DNA of 64,000 bases, taken from positions 17,732,001-17,796,000 of the forward strand of contig OX442314.1 of NCBI GenBank assembly GCA_949358305.1. Reading direction: 5' to 3'. The notes below the pieces were generated by a model. That model ran no database searches. It was not told the origin of the DNA and saw only the letters and a list, made by a program, of their open reading frames with translations. The stretch comes from Strigamia acuminata (taxonomy: Eukaryota). Both the position numbers and the translations under genes were made by a program. Positions 50,901-64,000 of the stretch are shown here, one piece after another (positions within the stretch are counted from its first letter, which is position 1; every line of letters starts with the position of its first letter).

Positions 50901-53900
50901 CAGTGATGATAGCGAGATGTGTCCATTTATCTCAGGCTTGTAGTTTATGGTTTTGGAAAAAGGAGATTGAGTTTTTGGCAGACGAGAAATCCAGTGTTTT
51001 CAATATGGTGGTGTGATAATGGGCGGGATTGTACGACGGCTGCAGCTTGTTTAGGGGCCCCGAGTGAACGTTGTGGGGATGGAGAAGGTGGGGAGATTTC
51101 GAGTTCTGGTCTGAGTTATCGCACCTGTGTGGTTTGTGTTTGGCGTCTTTATTCAGCCCAAGAGTCGAGTTTAAAAGTATGAGCCTCTTTCTCTTGGCCG
51201 ATGTGAGGCTAACATATCCCACTTTGCTGTTCGACACGTGTCTAATTGGTGTCTTAATGAAGGCGTCATCTTTCGATTCCAGTTAGATTAGACGTCCATC
51301 ATCCATTTTGTTGATGGTCTTTTATTGCTCTTTAATGCAATAGCGAATTTATAATGCGGCCACGAGTGATGAATTGCCGGTTCATACGAAAGGGAGAAGC
51401 AATATTTCTGAAAATGTAATAATTTATGAAAATTAAAGTGTAGTTTTTTTCTCCCGATCTTTAAGAAACGCCGGTAATGGTCTACGTTTTTGAAATTCAT
51501 GAGTTGAATATTAATTACCTCATTTCGAATTGATTCGGATTGAGAAGTAAGATTTATGATTCAAGTATTTTTATTCCACTTTATGAAAATAATAAGCTAG
51601 TGATTGAGATTTACTTTGTCGAATAAAATAAATGTTGCATTTTTGCTTACTCAATCGCTGTAGATTGAGGTGCAACGTTGAGATTCAAAGTAGGAAGTGG
51701 AATACGGATTCCGAATGCTACTAATGAATTGCTGGAGGAAAATGATTTTGCAATTACACGTTGTGCACCTTGTATTTTGAGTCGCTGTCTTTCGCCGTCC
51801 ATCCCACTTAATATCTGTGTCTGTTTCAGGGTAAATGGAGAAGCGCAAGAGGGAACGGGAATATAGACGTGGTGCGCGATCATTGAACCGAGACGGGATT
51901 AGCTTGGTGATGGAAACGTGTACGCATTTCTAGTTACACGTTATTTTATAGCTAAATCGCTATCTCGCCGTGAGATGAAAAAGTGTTTAAAATTTTATTG
52001 ATGCGGTTTGGTTGGGTCATATCGAAACATGTCCGTATAATAATGTTGTAGTGTTATCTGCGTTTTGCAGTGGATGAATATGAAAAAAGATGTATATTTC
52101 TGGCTTGAGGAGGTAATTTTTTTCTTTTTTTCTTTTTCGTTGTTTCTTTTTTTGTGTGTGATGAATTCCCGTGAGTAGTCTTGGAACAAGAGAGCAGATG
52201 GTTTGGTCCTTTGCGTTTTATTTTGGCTTCTGGCTGTTTGCGAGTATGGTAATCAGATGGCGGTGGACATAACGGAGTGTTACCAAGTTGCAAAACAAAA
52301 AATGAAAGGAAACCTGAATGCTTGGTGTTATGCGCGCGTGCTCAGAGGAATCAGCAGATGTTCATTCTGAACTGATGGCACACCACAACAGCCCTCGCAG
52401 TCATCTTTAATGCAGCTGACTCGAGGTGGTGTGAAAGAAACTGGACTTTTTTCTTTTATTTTTTTTTTGAAAAAGAAAAATGGGATGAGTTTGAATTTTT
52501 CCTTTTTGCAGAGAAAATGTAACTGGAAAAAAAGGTGACTTCATTTCATTTCTTCTTGTTAAATTCACATCGCAAAGATTTTTCCATTTTTTGCCACAAC
52601 AAATTTGTCCAACACATTTTTCACGGGACAAAAAAATCAAATCCATATTTTACGTTTGGATTTATTATTTTTCTTTTGTTAAAAAAAATTAGAGGTTTTT
52701 ATTTATCTTGGCCCTAGTGTGTGATTTTTATATTTTTATTCATTTCTCGTGTAAATGTGTCGTGCGTGATCTAATTGCCTATGAAGGTAAATGAAATGGC
52801 ATGAGAGGAACAGTTCCGGGTTGGATTGTGAAGGATTTGTGAAGACTCTGGGCAACATTAATTTAAGGTAGTAGACCCTAGTGTGACATCTGAAAATAGT
52901 GAAAACTTTTTTCCTTTTCTTTTCCTTTTTCTGTGTTTTGAATCTGAGCGCGCTTGACTGATTTATGATAGCTACAGCATGCGGGTCTGTGAATTTAAGC
53001 AAAGGAAGCGCCATCACATTCATCCGAGCATGATATGAGTGTAAGGTGCTTCTCTAATGTGCCATAATAGGTCTAGAAAACTCGTGGAACAGAATGGTAG
53101 CTCGTCAAAAATTTTGAAGGTGTAGTCAGAAAGAAGTGTGAGGAATGAGTCTCATTTTGTAGTGCGAAAAACCGGGCATATAAAAAGAAAATGATAAAAA
53201 CCGGAATGTTGGAATTGTGCGCGATGCTGGCTAGCAAATAGTGATTTTTGTATACACCGTACGTGTAAAAAGAATTTTTTTCATAACCAGTTTTGCTTAC
53301 TTACACGAACATAGAGGGAATTTAATTTCGCGTTTAATGGTTTTTGAGGAAGACTAGGTGTGGCTTGACACAGACAGGAATTAGTAATCAATTATTATTG
53401 GCCTTAAAAGTGTTTTTGCTCTATTTTGCGTGAGTTAACGAGAGAAATGGTTTAAATAACGGTGAAATGACGTAACTAAATGTTAAATGGTGCTGGTAAT
53501 CAGTTATCCGAGAGAATTTTATTATATAGCAAGGATGTTAAAGGGAATGATGCATTAGTTATGGCGGAAGGGATAGTAAGACTCTTTGTAAGCTAATCAT
53601 TAGACGGCGTTGTTTAGTTGTTCGTAAATTACTATTGCCGTAATTTTTCCTGCTATTTATGGGCTTGTTGTTTAGAAAACAGGCGTATAAAAGATATTGT
53701 TTTCACCTGCTGAGTTTAAACTGGGTATCATTTTTCAGTTGTCAGAAACTTATTGTGTTGTCTTGGAAGTTTACCATTGTGTTTAACGAGTAAAAAAAAA
53801 TGGTTTTGTCAAGTCTCGTGCTGGCGCTTGGAAGTTGAAACAATGGGAGCGGTATAGTGAGTCACTGAATTGTTGATAGTTTTTATTATTTTTTTTCTTT

Positions 53901-55166
53901 TCTTTAATATTATACTTGAAATAATGTGAAGGTTTTTTTCTTCTTTCATCTTTTAAAAGCGAAGTTTTATTTAAACTTTGTTTTCAATTTATTAGGTATC
54001 GACTAATACAATTTGAAGATTGCAATCTGTTGATTTAAAGCTCAAGAGAACGGGTTCAATCCAACATCGATATGCGGTGACAAATCTCAAGTGTTTTTAA
54101 GTCGCGGGCCGGCTCTCTCTGGAGGGCAGTCGAGATAGAAAAGTTTTAAATTTGTTTTCTCTACTTGAGCCTTTTTTCTTCTTCTTTTCTTCGATTCGTC
54201 CGTCGAAATTAGCTTTGGGTGCTGCTAATCCATCTGTAAATATTGAATTGTAACAATGCAGGAGAAGAAAAGAATATATTTTGGGCATTTCTTTTCCTAT
54301 CCGACGTTTCTTTTCATGACATCCGTCTCTTTTGTATGCTGCGCGGTGGTTTCCATTTACGAGACTTCGCTCAGGAGATTTGGATTTGGGAAAAAAAGGT
54401 GTGGACGGGGTTGAAATGATATGCTTCAATTTTTTTTAAAACCTATAAATATAAATATAGGGGAAATTAAATTGTCTTGATTTTAAATTTGTTGAAAGCG
54501 CTTTTATTTCTCTGCTTTGTTGTTTTTGTTTTTGGTTTAGTTGTTGTACGACACGTTATTTTTATGTTGTTTATTTTTATATATTTACTTTGGAAGTGGA
54601 GACAAATTGGAAATCTAAGCGTAGAACCCCACTATGTTTGTATGGGGGGGACATGAGAAATTTGTTGCATCGATTTGCCAATGTGAGAAAATCCAATACT
54701 GTCAAGTTTATAAATTTCACTTAGGAAAAAATTTAATATTTGCAGCAAGGGGTTTGTGTTCGAGTTGTTTAATTGGAATTTTTTCCTTTTTATGTTTGGT
54801 ACGTGAGGGTATTTTTCCGGTTCACCTAATACATTTCCTTTAAAAGAAGATCAATCAGGGTGGAAAATAAAATATACGAAAATGTAGCACGGGTTAGAAC
54901 GAAGGAGGTTTATTATGTGGGAATGAATTGCCTTTCAAATTCAGCACCATCTGTGTGCTGTTGTCCATTTGTCAATAGCCAACAATCGTCTCGTTATGAA
55001 GGTGACATTAGGCATTTGCTTATCGTTAAAGCTGTAGTTAAAAATTTGATTAATTAAAAGTAATGACAATTTATTTCGAACATAGACATAATTTGTGTTA
55101 AATGTAATCGAAATGTGCATTATTCATATTAAAATATCTGATTATTTTATTTCTTTTTCATTTCAG

Positions 55167-55202
55167 ACGTTCCATATCAAGCAAGACCACCAATAAACGA
55201 AG
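55167..55202 (+). CDS. Agrn: Agrin first shared exon, 36-nt phase 1-1 linker (D/Y)VPYQARPPINE
   Basis: Long pyrimidine tract TTTTATTTCTTTTTCATTTCAG| and strong donor GAAG|GTAAGA. It is open in phase 1 and Pro-rich, like the vertebrate (D/Y)KPG.HFTP.PPTPP linker between the N-terminus and the first follistatin domain. Confidence 0.85.
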
Positions 55203-58200
55203 GTAAGAAATATTTTAAAGCTAATGTAGTGAATATTGAAGTCACGTGACACGATTCAACATTTCCCATTGGTTCAAAATTCGAATAATCAAATGCAGCT
55301 TTAATAAATTGGTTAGTCGTTAGGGTATAATTTTTCTAAAGTAAATTTTTCATCTTGTTTACGTAAAGTCGTGCAGAATGTGAGGAAAAGCTATAATATT
55401 AAATGTAGGATCGATATTCTAGGCTAAATATTTTACGTTAACGTTGTTTGCCTCGGAAAAATTTTATTAGTGTTTTTATATATTTTTTTAGTACAAATAT
55501 TAACAAATAATTATGAAAGTCATGTTGCATCTAAACTGTGATTAAGTTGTCTACCAGTGGGTGTTTCTGCTATCGCAATATTGACCTCTAATATGCATGC
55601 ATAATAATGCGTGCCCAAAAGCAATGCAGTAGTTTTTGTTGACTTGTTGATCAATATATTGTTGAGTTTCCTCATTTTACTGTGTCTGTCGATTTAGTTT
55701 TCAGAGAAAACCAGCAAACGAAAATTTCATAAAATTACCGTACGTAAAAAAAACTGAAGTGGATCGATGAATCTAAATTATGAATGCATTTATTACCACT
55801 TAAAATTGATAAAATTTTAAATTAAATATACCATAGCTGACATTCAAACTTAGAAACGCAAAAATAACGTTGTTGAGTATTTGCTTTTGGCGTGACTTTA
55901 GCAGCCAAGTTGTTAAAGGTTTGTGCTTTAGATCAACGATAAGCGAAGATTTTATTCGAAAATGTGAAATGGTTTCATTTTCTAACGCATTTAATATATT
56001 TTTAAGTTGTTTTTAATGTGGACATAAACAAGTTGGATTCATTTTTCATTATTGATACGGAAGTTCACAAATAAGTGAGGTGATTGATCTGTTTGTGATA
56101 TTATCTCTTGATGCGTATATAGCATGAAATGCTTAATTGAAGGCAATAAAAGCCTAACTACATGCTAATGATTGTCATTGCTAATGTAGGTTGAACCTTG
56201 AGTTTTTCGCCAGTTTGCTGCAAGTATGACAATATCATTGAATAGTTAATTTCCTTACGATTTACGATTGGAGTTTGGAGTATCTGATGACACAAATGAA
56301 ATCGACTGGTTAGTTAACGTTTCAAAACACGCGGTATTTGATCCGAGCGTGGAAAATGAATGAGGGAAATGTTGTGCAATGTAATAAGCTTTAGGTGAGC
56401 TTGTCATTTGGAATAGAGATTTAATTCCGTCAGAATTCTCTCGATATTAACGGAACCGCAGAAGGTTGTACCGCCATATAATTTGCTCGATACTCGCTTT
56501 ACTCACTCTCTATAACACTGTAGCCAAAGGGGTAGCTCGGTGAATCTCACTTAATGAAAATCAATAAGGGATGGCGTTGAAAGTGTGCCGTTGCCTGTGA
56601 GGCAATATTACATGCGGCTGAAGATTTAGCTCTGGAGGAAATGCTACAAGTGAACAAAACCCATTTGCAATGATCTAATTTTCTTCTTGCTTTGAGATTT
56701 TTATTGTATTTACTGGTATTTGTTTATATTTGTTTGTTCTTCTATCGTCTCCTTTCGTGTTTGTTATTGAAAATGTTTACCCGAAATTAATTTTGTTTGG
56801 AAATAGTAAAAAGAAAAAAATGGTGGATGGAAAAATAGAAAAATAGAAAAATAGAAGAATGATGTGCGCTTAATTAATGCACATGTGATTGCGAGTTCGG
56901 TGAGCTCAACATCCATATTGGTGGTGGTGGTGGTTCGTGACGTGATGAGAATTTACAATTAGGCCTAACTGGAGGACGGAAGAGATGAGACTGAAGAAAA
57001 GAAAAAGCTAAAAGAAAAAGAAATGGATGTAATAAAGAATTTAAAGTGAAAGGGATTTAGATAATTAAGGGGAAATTTTTTTGACGTTGATCTTTTTGAA
57101 ATGATTAGGACAGAATGAAGGAGTGAAGATGAAGAACTTTTATTCTTGTTTTGGTGCCGCTGAGTAAAGTTGAAAAGATTTTAATTAATTAAAATCTCTT
57201 TCACGGGGGATCTAATAAGCTTTTCGAGTCGAGTTTGATGTGTGTGTGTGTGTACTGCATGGCAACCAATAAGGTTTCTTTATTTTTCTCTTTTCTTTGG
57301 TAATTAACTCTCAAAGACATGTATTTCTTCGGGCATTTACCATCGACAATCCTTTAAGATGTTGAAATATTGGTTTTGGGTCAACACCAGAATCAAAATA
57401 TTTAAATATACGCTCCCCGGGTAGTAAAAAATGGCTTTTCGAGTGAAATATGTAAAAATGCACTCATTAGCTACAGTTAATTAGTCACGCTAATTTTTCT
57501 AATTACTCCCCGAATTCTCCAGAAGGCGAAGGAGAAATTTGTTACGATGACAAAAGGGGATGAAAAGCGAGAAGTAAAAGCTCCCCGATGTGAGACTTCA
57601 CTGCATAGCATTTGGAGTTATTACGCGTGGGGGAAAAAAGTTTAGTTTGAAAGTTTGAGATTTGAGTTTAGAGAACTTTGTAATTACGGCACTGAACATG
57701 TTCGCGTGTGTTGCTCAATGCTTTGATTTGCCCCGTTTTGTTTTGGTCATCAGACCAAGTTGATTAGAAACCCTGCACTGCTGGTAGCTATTGACTAATT
57801 TCACATTGATTAAGGTTTCTGTTAAATGTGAGCAGAGAAAACTTGTTGTCATTAGGAATCAATTTCGGGCATAGAAAAAAATAGGAAGCAGATGTTAGCA
57901 TCGACACTTTAGCCTCGTTAAACTGCATGGTGCAACATCATTTCCTAAAGACAAGATACGAGTGGGGAAAGGGAAAAAACTCGAGAGGAAAGAGATTTTT
58001 TTTTCTTCACTCATGAACGTTGATTACTGTGAGAAGAGTCAAAAGGTCCTGCGTTCGAGTAGCTTTTCAGACCAGCTGTCTACTACATGCTATAATAGCA
58101 TTCTTCCTCATTTGTAAGTTTCTTTTGTTTTCATTTTTTAATTTTAGCCACGTTTCATGCTTACTCGGAGATGAATCACGTCTGATAAGTTTGAAAAATC

Positions 58201-58228
58201 GATCGTTTAACTTTCCATCAGAATATTA

Positions 58229-58512
58229 GGTGTGTTCAAATTGGTTAAGCAAATGCTTAAAGTTTGCTTAAATGAATGAAAATAAGTGAAGCAAGTAAAA
58301 TAAATGACTGCAATTTTTTTTTACTAATGCGCAGGCTTGTGCACAGCTGACACATGTATGATTGTTCAACTGAGGATGCACAAATCGCGTCATTGTTGTT
58401 AGAAGAATAAGCGACACAACCCTTGCTAGCGGTTAATCCAAAATGTGACTTAAAAACTGTGAAAACGAGGTTATCATTTAAGCGGATTTGTCCTAATCAA
58501 TTTGAATGCACC
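58229..58512. mobile_element. MITE, copy 2
   Basis: TA|GGTGTGTTCAAATTGGTTA ... TAATCAATTTGAATGCACC|TA terminal inverted repeats flanked by TA. The interior is similar to 1969-2299. Confidence 0.75.
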
Positions 58513-61500
58513 TATTGTTTTTAATAATCGTCAGATGTGACGGAATCATCAAAAAGGAGTATAAAATTGAATTTACAAGATGCGTATTTTCGGTGGTGAA
58601 TTCGATGAATGCTCACAAAATAGATTAAATGCTTGTGAATTCGTCGCTGTGTTTCTGACTTTGAAAAAATTACTCATTCTGACAAGATGAAACATGGTTG
58701 CGCATAGTTATGAGACCGAGTATCGCCTTCATCTCTTTCAGTCACCAGAACAGTGACGTGCACACAGACTTACCAGATTCCTAACCTCAACAAGTGCGAG
58801 TGTAAGCTTTAAACTAAACATTATTAGTTAATGTATCTCGACTTATCGGTCATGCAATGTATCTGCTCTTATCACGTGATCCCAGTAAGCCAATCATAAC
58901 AGTTTGGCACAAATCCTCTTAATGAATTATATATTGATAATAATCCTGTGACCTCAGTGTTCTTTGAATGAGCTTTAACGATTATCAATTTTTACAATAT
59001 TTATGCTTTATCTATTACAAATTTATTACAAATATTTCATTTCACGATTGGTGAATTTACTCTTGTTTGCCCTGCCCTATCTGTTGCCAGGCTACACGGG
59101 ATTATATTTGTGGGTTGATTTATTGTTTGATTTTTGTAGTGACCAAACACCGCATTCATATAAATTCACAAACCAAGCTGACATTTAAGATACAGTAGGT
59201 GCGTTTGGAGATAGAAACATTTTCGCTTTCCTCGCGAGTATGTCTTCAATCCGAAACAAAAAAACATGTGAAAATTAAATTTATCATTGGTTTCTACATC
59301 ATTTCAGCTGTGTTTACTTTCGGATGCAACTTTTGTGGAGATTGCTACACAATCATCGTTTGAAAGTCTTACAAACAACACGGGGGCTTAGATTGTTCCA
59401 GAGAATTTTGACAAGGGTAATTCAGCGTTGAAAACATGCATGCCGGAAGGCGCAGGAGCGAAATAATACAAATGTCACCTAGCAATGAGATGAATCCATG
59501 TTAGCAGGGCAGATATTTGGAAAATGGAATTCAAGTTCCGCGTTTCTATTTTTATTCGATGCAAGCAAGTATCCGCATTACTTGCCGACGTGATTAAATA
59601 TGCGGCCAACTCACCTAATTCCAATGCAGATTTTAATTCTCTAAATACCCACTTGCGTGGGAATAAAATTTAATTCCACTTCTTTATACGAGTTCAAATT
59701 CAAACTTTGTGCTTAGTTTTAGTTTGCACATTTGAGCGAAGTGTGAAATGTTTTCACCTGAAGAAAACAATACTAGATCAGGCGAAAGTGAACGACGAGT
59801 GAACTGTAAACACGTGTTTTATTCACATAAAAAGGTGTTTGGTTGATTTGGCGTACCGTACGAGTGGAAAGTGTTTTCCAAGATGTGAGAAACAAGTGAA
59901 TTTTTTTCACTCACGTGAACACATGAAAGTATAGTATGCGTGAGGCTTTAAAGATTAAAGGAGGACGAACAAAATTAATAATGTCCACTTAATTAATGTT
60001 TCAATGGCACTTGGCCTAGAGATATAAACAAAAGGAGAAGGATTAAAACGAGTTTGTTTATGAAACGTATATTTTCATTTGATATCTCATATTTTAGAAT
60101 AGGTGAAGTTTGTTAATTTGATTAGTGGGCTTGTTTGACTGGCTGAATTACTGGATCAAGTTAAGTTAGATGAATTAAGCGAACATCACATGATGTCGGG
60201 CAGTTGGGCTCTATCTGCCATCTCGGAGTGTATTGCTAGATTTTCCCTGCACGTGCACTATCACCAGCAAAGACTGATGGTTTGAAGAAGTTCCCTTTTG
60301 CTTCTTATCTTAACTGTTTAAATCTAACGACGTCAAGCAGGGGAGTGGCGAAGAGTGAAACTCAACATTTCTAAGTCTTTTGATCACGATAGGAAAAGAA
60401 TAGAGCCAAAGATGTCGTCTGTGTTCTTTTCTTTTCCTTTCCTTTTTATAACTTTCATTTTAGTAGCCAGTGTTAAGAATCAAAGTGGCGATGATTAGAG
60501 GATTAAGTGTGTTGGAGATTGTAGTTTGGTTTTAGGAGCTAAGATACCTTGTCTTGATAGGGTTTAAGATGTTCTTCAGCTGTGAAACGAGATTTTTTTA
60601 AAAAAAAAAATTGGGAGAATAAAAAGTGCTGAAACAGCATAATGAGTTGATGATGGAAGGTTTTAGTGTCATTTACTCTTTAATAAATTCTGGGGAAGCG
60701 GGGGCGAGGACATTAAAGGATATCAATATATAGTTGTGTGGAAATAATCAATGTGTTCATATGCATCATTTGTTTACATAAGGTTTAATTAGCCATGGCC
60801 AGATTGTTACAGTAAATCATCATTAAACTGCAACAATGTGTTCTGAACTGATATAGGTATTTTGGCACATAATATATCAATCATCAAGTTTTGTCATTTA
60901 ATGGACTTGATGTAAATAAATAAAGCAAGAAAATTATTTTGAGGTTTTACTAATTTTTAAAGTTTTAATTGATTTTTTTTTTTGATTTTCTTCTTTCTTT
61001 TGAGATGGGAGTTTGGTGCCAAATGGAACAAATCTTGGAACGAAAGTCTAAGTTTGTGGCTGAGATTTTTTTTTTGTTTTTATACTTTAATATATTCGTT
61101 CATTACTTCGTAGAAAAGTTTCTTACGTTTACTTTATTTTATTGGAGAAGGGCTGGTAGCTAAACTTAGCTATGAGATTTTTTTGCTTTACAATGCAAAA
61201 TTACAAATGGAACTGAGTTTAGTTTAAAAATAATGTCTCTTGTAGGCAGGTGAATAATTTAGTTATCCAGTTGAAATATTTTTCAAGACGGATGCGGTTT
61301 TTGAAAGGAAACTTGAGAACCGGATACGATTGAATGTTGTTGAGGCAGAAGGAACTTGAAGCAAATCAACACGTATAAATTTCATACATAATTAATATGA
61401 TTAAAACGTTTCACAGGAGATTCAAAGTGTTGGTGGTCTTTTGCTATATCATATTTATTAGAAACTCGTTATGTTAGTGACAGATTTACGACTATATATA

Positions 61501-64000
61501 TGCACAAAATTTAGGATTTACTAGAATGTAGTAAAACCACAAAGCGTATGGCTGTATGCAAGGCATAACTTGAATTGGTTTATGTGATTTCAGATTTAAT
61601 CTACAACTCTACTTCGTACTAAAGTTCTAGCAAAATCACTTGTGCTAGAAATTAAACGTTCCAGTTTATGGCGTGTCTCCTAGTGTCGAAAGTACCTGTA
61701 ACTCTCGGAAGTGCTAGCAAATAATAGGTTTAGAAAATCTTCTCACACATTTAATTTTCTACAAAATAATAGTCTTTCAAACTCGTGGAACCAAAAAAGA
61801 AGTGGTGGTTTAGCAATAAATTAGAAAAAAAATGTTATATTGTAAATAAAAAAGGGATAATTGAATTTATAGAAAGGAAGTGTTTTTCAGTAAAATTCAA
61901 GAACGCTTATATACCCAGGTTATGTCGGTAAATAACATGGCATCAATGCAAAACAGGTTGAGGCAAAAAAAATGATTTAAGCGGCATTTGGTTTTTTTGT
62001 TGTTATTGTCGTGTTCGTTCTTCTTTTCATTTATTTACGTTTCAATTTTCGTTGATGTAAAGTGTCCGAGCAGCACGACTGCGTTTTTGCATGACATTTG
62101 CGACATGTAGTATTTTATGGTTCAGTGTTTAAAGTTACAAGCGTGGAATATTGGTCTAATTTTATAGTTAAAATGAATGCTTGTCAAATTGGTTGTAGGC
62201 CCAGCCCTAATATCGACGTATTTACGCGACATGTGAATAGAATAGTGGCTTAAAGATAAATGCTGATAATTACCGACATAAGTAAAGTAAAGTAAACCTT
62301 TATCGATTATCAATAAAATAAATGTAGGCTACGTTTTTTTAATTTTTTTTTTTTAACAATTTAATATCGGTAAGGACTGCATCCTTATCAAAACACTTTA
62401 TCAGAACATTTTTCATTATTTTTTGGTTTCCAACAAAGTAATAATTTAGTTCCTTGTATTTTTTGAATCGGGTTTTTTATTTATTTACTTTTTTTTTGGG
62501 TATCAATATTTTATACAGCTCTGGCGAAGTCTGTCATGTCTTTTCCGTTTGAAGTGAATTATTCCCTCCAGGAAAGGAGGTTTGACAAGCAAAGGAACAG
62601 GCAAACGTCCACACTTATTGGCAGAAAGATGGAAACAAGATAAAGGGCACTTGGCAACAACATTCAGAATGTTGTCTAGTATCCGTTCGATAAGTCAGGG
62701 CCTAAAAATAATCTGGCGCGTCTCGTTGACCCAATGCAAGTTGGATTTCAATTGATCCTGTTGTTCATTCTGTTGACACAGTAATGTATGAACGTATTTA
62801 TTGATTGGCAATGACTATTGGAGCGCTGTAAATGTAACGCCTTTGTTTTTATGGCCATTAACTTGGAAAAAAATTCACAAAGTAATGATAAAATATTGAA
62901 TTAAATTTGAGAATTTCAAATCGCATTTGAACGATGAAATATGTGGACTAATCTCGAAGTATGAATTATTTACGACTTTTATTTTAAATTATACAATTAC
63001 TACGAAATGAATGAAATTAGGAAGACAAAAAAATTTAATTGCATTTTTATTATAAAACTAAGGCATTAATACATGGCCACTGAATGTTTAAATGGATATG
63101 TATAATAATAATATAAAAATCACTAAATTGCATCCTCAAAATAACAAAATATCTGTTTTTCTGAGCTTATCTCTTCGTTTAATGTAAAATTCAGATTTAA
63201 TATATTTTAAAAATAGTTTTTAAAATGTAGTTGTTGTTAACTCTGCATATTTTTCTTTATTGACGATCACTTGAAAACATAGGGCGTCTCTCCGGATTTC
63301 GAGTCATTTACTAGGGTGGACCTCGTCACCTCTTTATTCTTTAGCAAATGTCTTCCATTTCCGGGTGGGTGGGGGCGTGAGGGCCCTGCGAAGTTCAATT
63401 CTTGAATTGGTGTGTTCATGGGTGGATGTCGCGTGCGAGGTCAATGTGCTAATTGCAGAGGACTGTTTGAGGTCTCGGACTTGGGCTTTGGAACTAATGG
63501 TGTGTGGATACGTTGTATTGTTGAAGATTTCCATTCTTCTGCACTCCTCACAAAATTCAATCCGGTTTTTCTTCCTTGATGATTCTCGTTTGTATTAAGA
63601 AAGAAAAAAAATGTACATCATTTTTCTTTTCTCCTTTAACCCATGTAAAATATTGAAGATTGATTTTTTTCCCTCCTCGTCTCGTCTGTAACTTCTCCAT
63701 CTTTTTTATTTTTTCTATTTTTTTTAGGCTGGGTTCTTTGAATTTTAGCCTGCTGACAGATAACTCGGCGCCAGTTTTATTGAAAAGCCTTTAATTCAAG
63801 TCTTGAACATAGTTTTGTTCGGTAGCTGTGGCGTGCAGTCATTTGTTCTTTTTTTTCTGCTTCTTTGGAATTCTTCGTTCTCGCCAATGAGATTTGATAT
63901 CAGTCATCCATCAGGTCAAGGGTGGGAAAAGAAAAAAGGAAGAAAAGGCTGAGTTTGGCGAGATTAAAAAACATGCAAGAAAAGAGCGTGTTATTGCCTT

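Larger units (their letters stand above)
5717..64000 (+). other. Agrn: Agrin-like gene, 5' part (alternative first exons, first shared exon and introns); continues beyond the window
   Basis: NtA-domain exons, a type II TM exon and a short Pro-rich linker exon occur in the order and splice phase known for agrin. The follistatin/Kazal exons are not in the window, so orthology rests on the N-terminal architecture. Confidence 0.85.

Overview
AT-rich eukaryotic (invertebrate, probably arthropod) genomic DNA, mostly long introns of one + strand gene: the 5' end of an agrin homologue. Three candidate alternative first coding exons each end in a phase-1 GT donor. Two are diverged signal-peptide + NtA (laminin-binding) exons (5717-6146, 14962-15394; about 54% aa identity by hand count). 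The third encodes a type II transmembrane N-terminus (46246-46555). All three fit in frame onto one 36-nt shared micro-exon (55167-55202), giving D-VPYQARPPINE (secreted forms) or Y-VPYQARPPINE (TM form). This is the same D/Y split-codon junction as vertebrate LN/SN agrin, here with a duplicated NtA cassette. The follistatin/Kazal exons should lie beyond the window. The introns hold a very young 1.44-kb non-autonomous LTR retroelement, a 619-bp solo LTR, two copies of a MITE, simple repeats and several decayed coding-like relics. No rRNA, tRNA or CRISPR features were seen. All splicing is inferred from sequence only.
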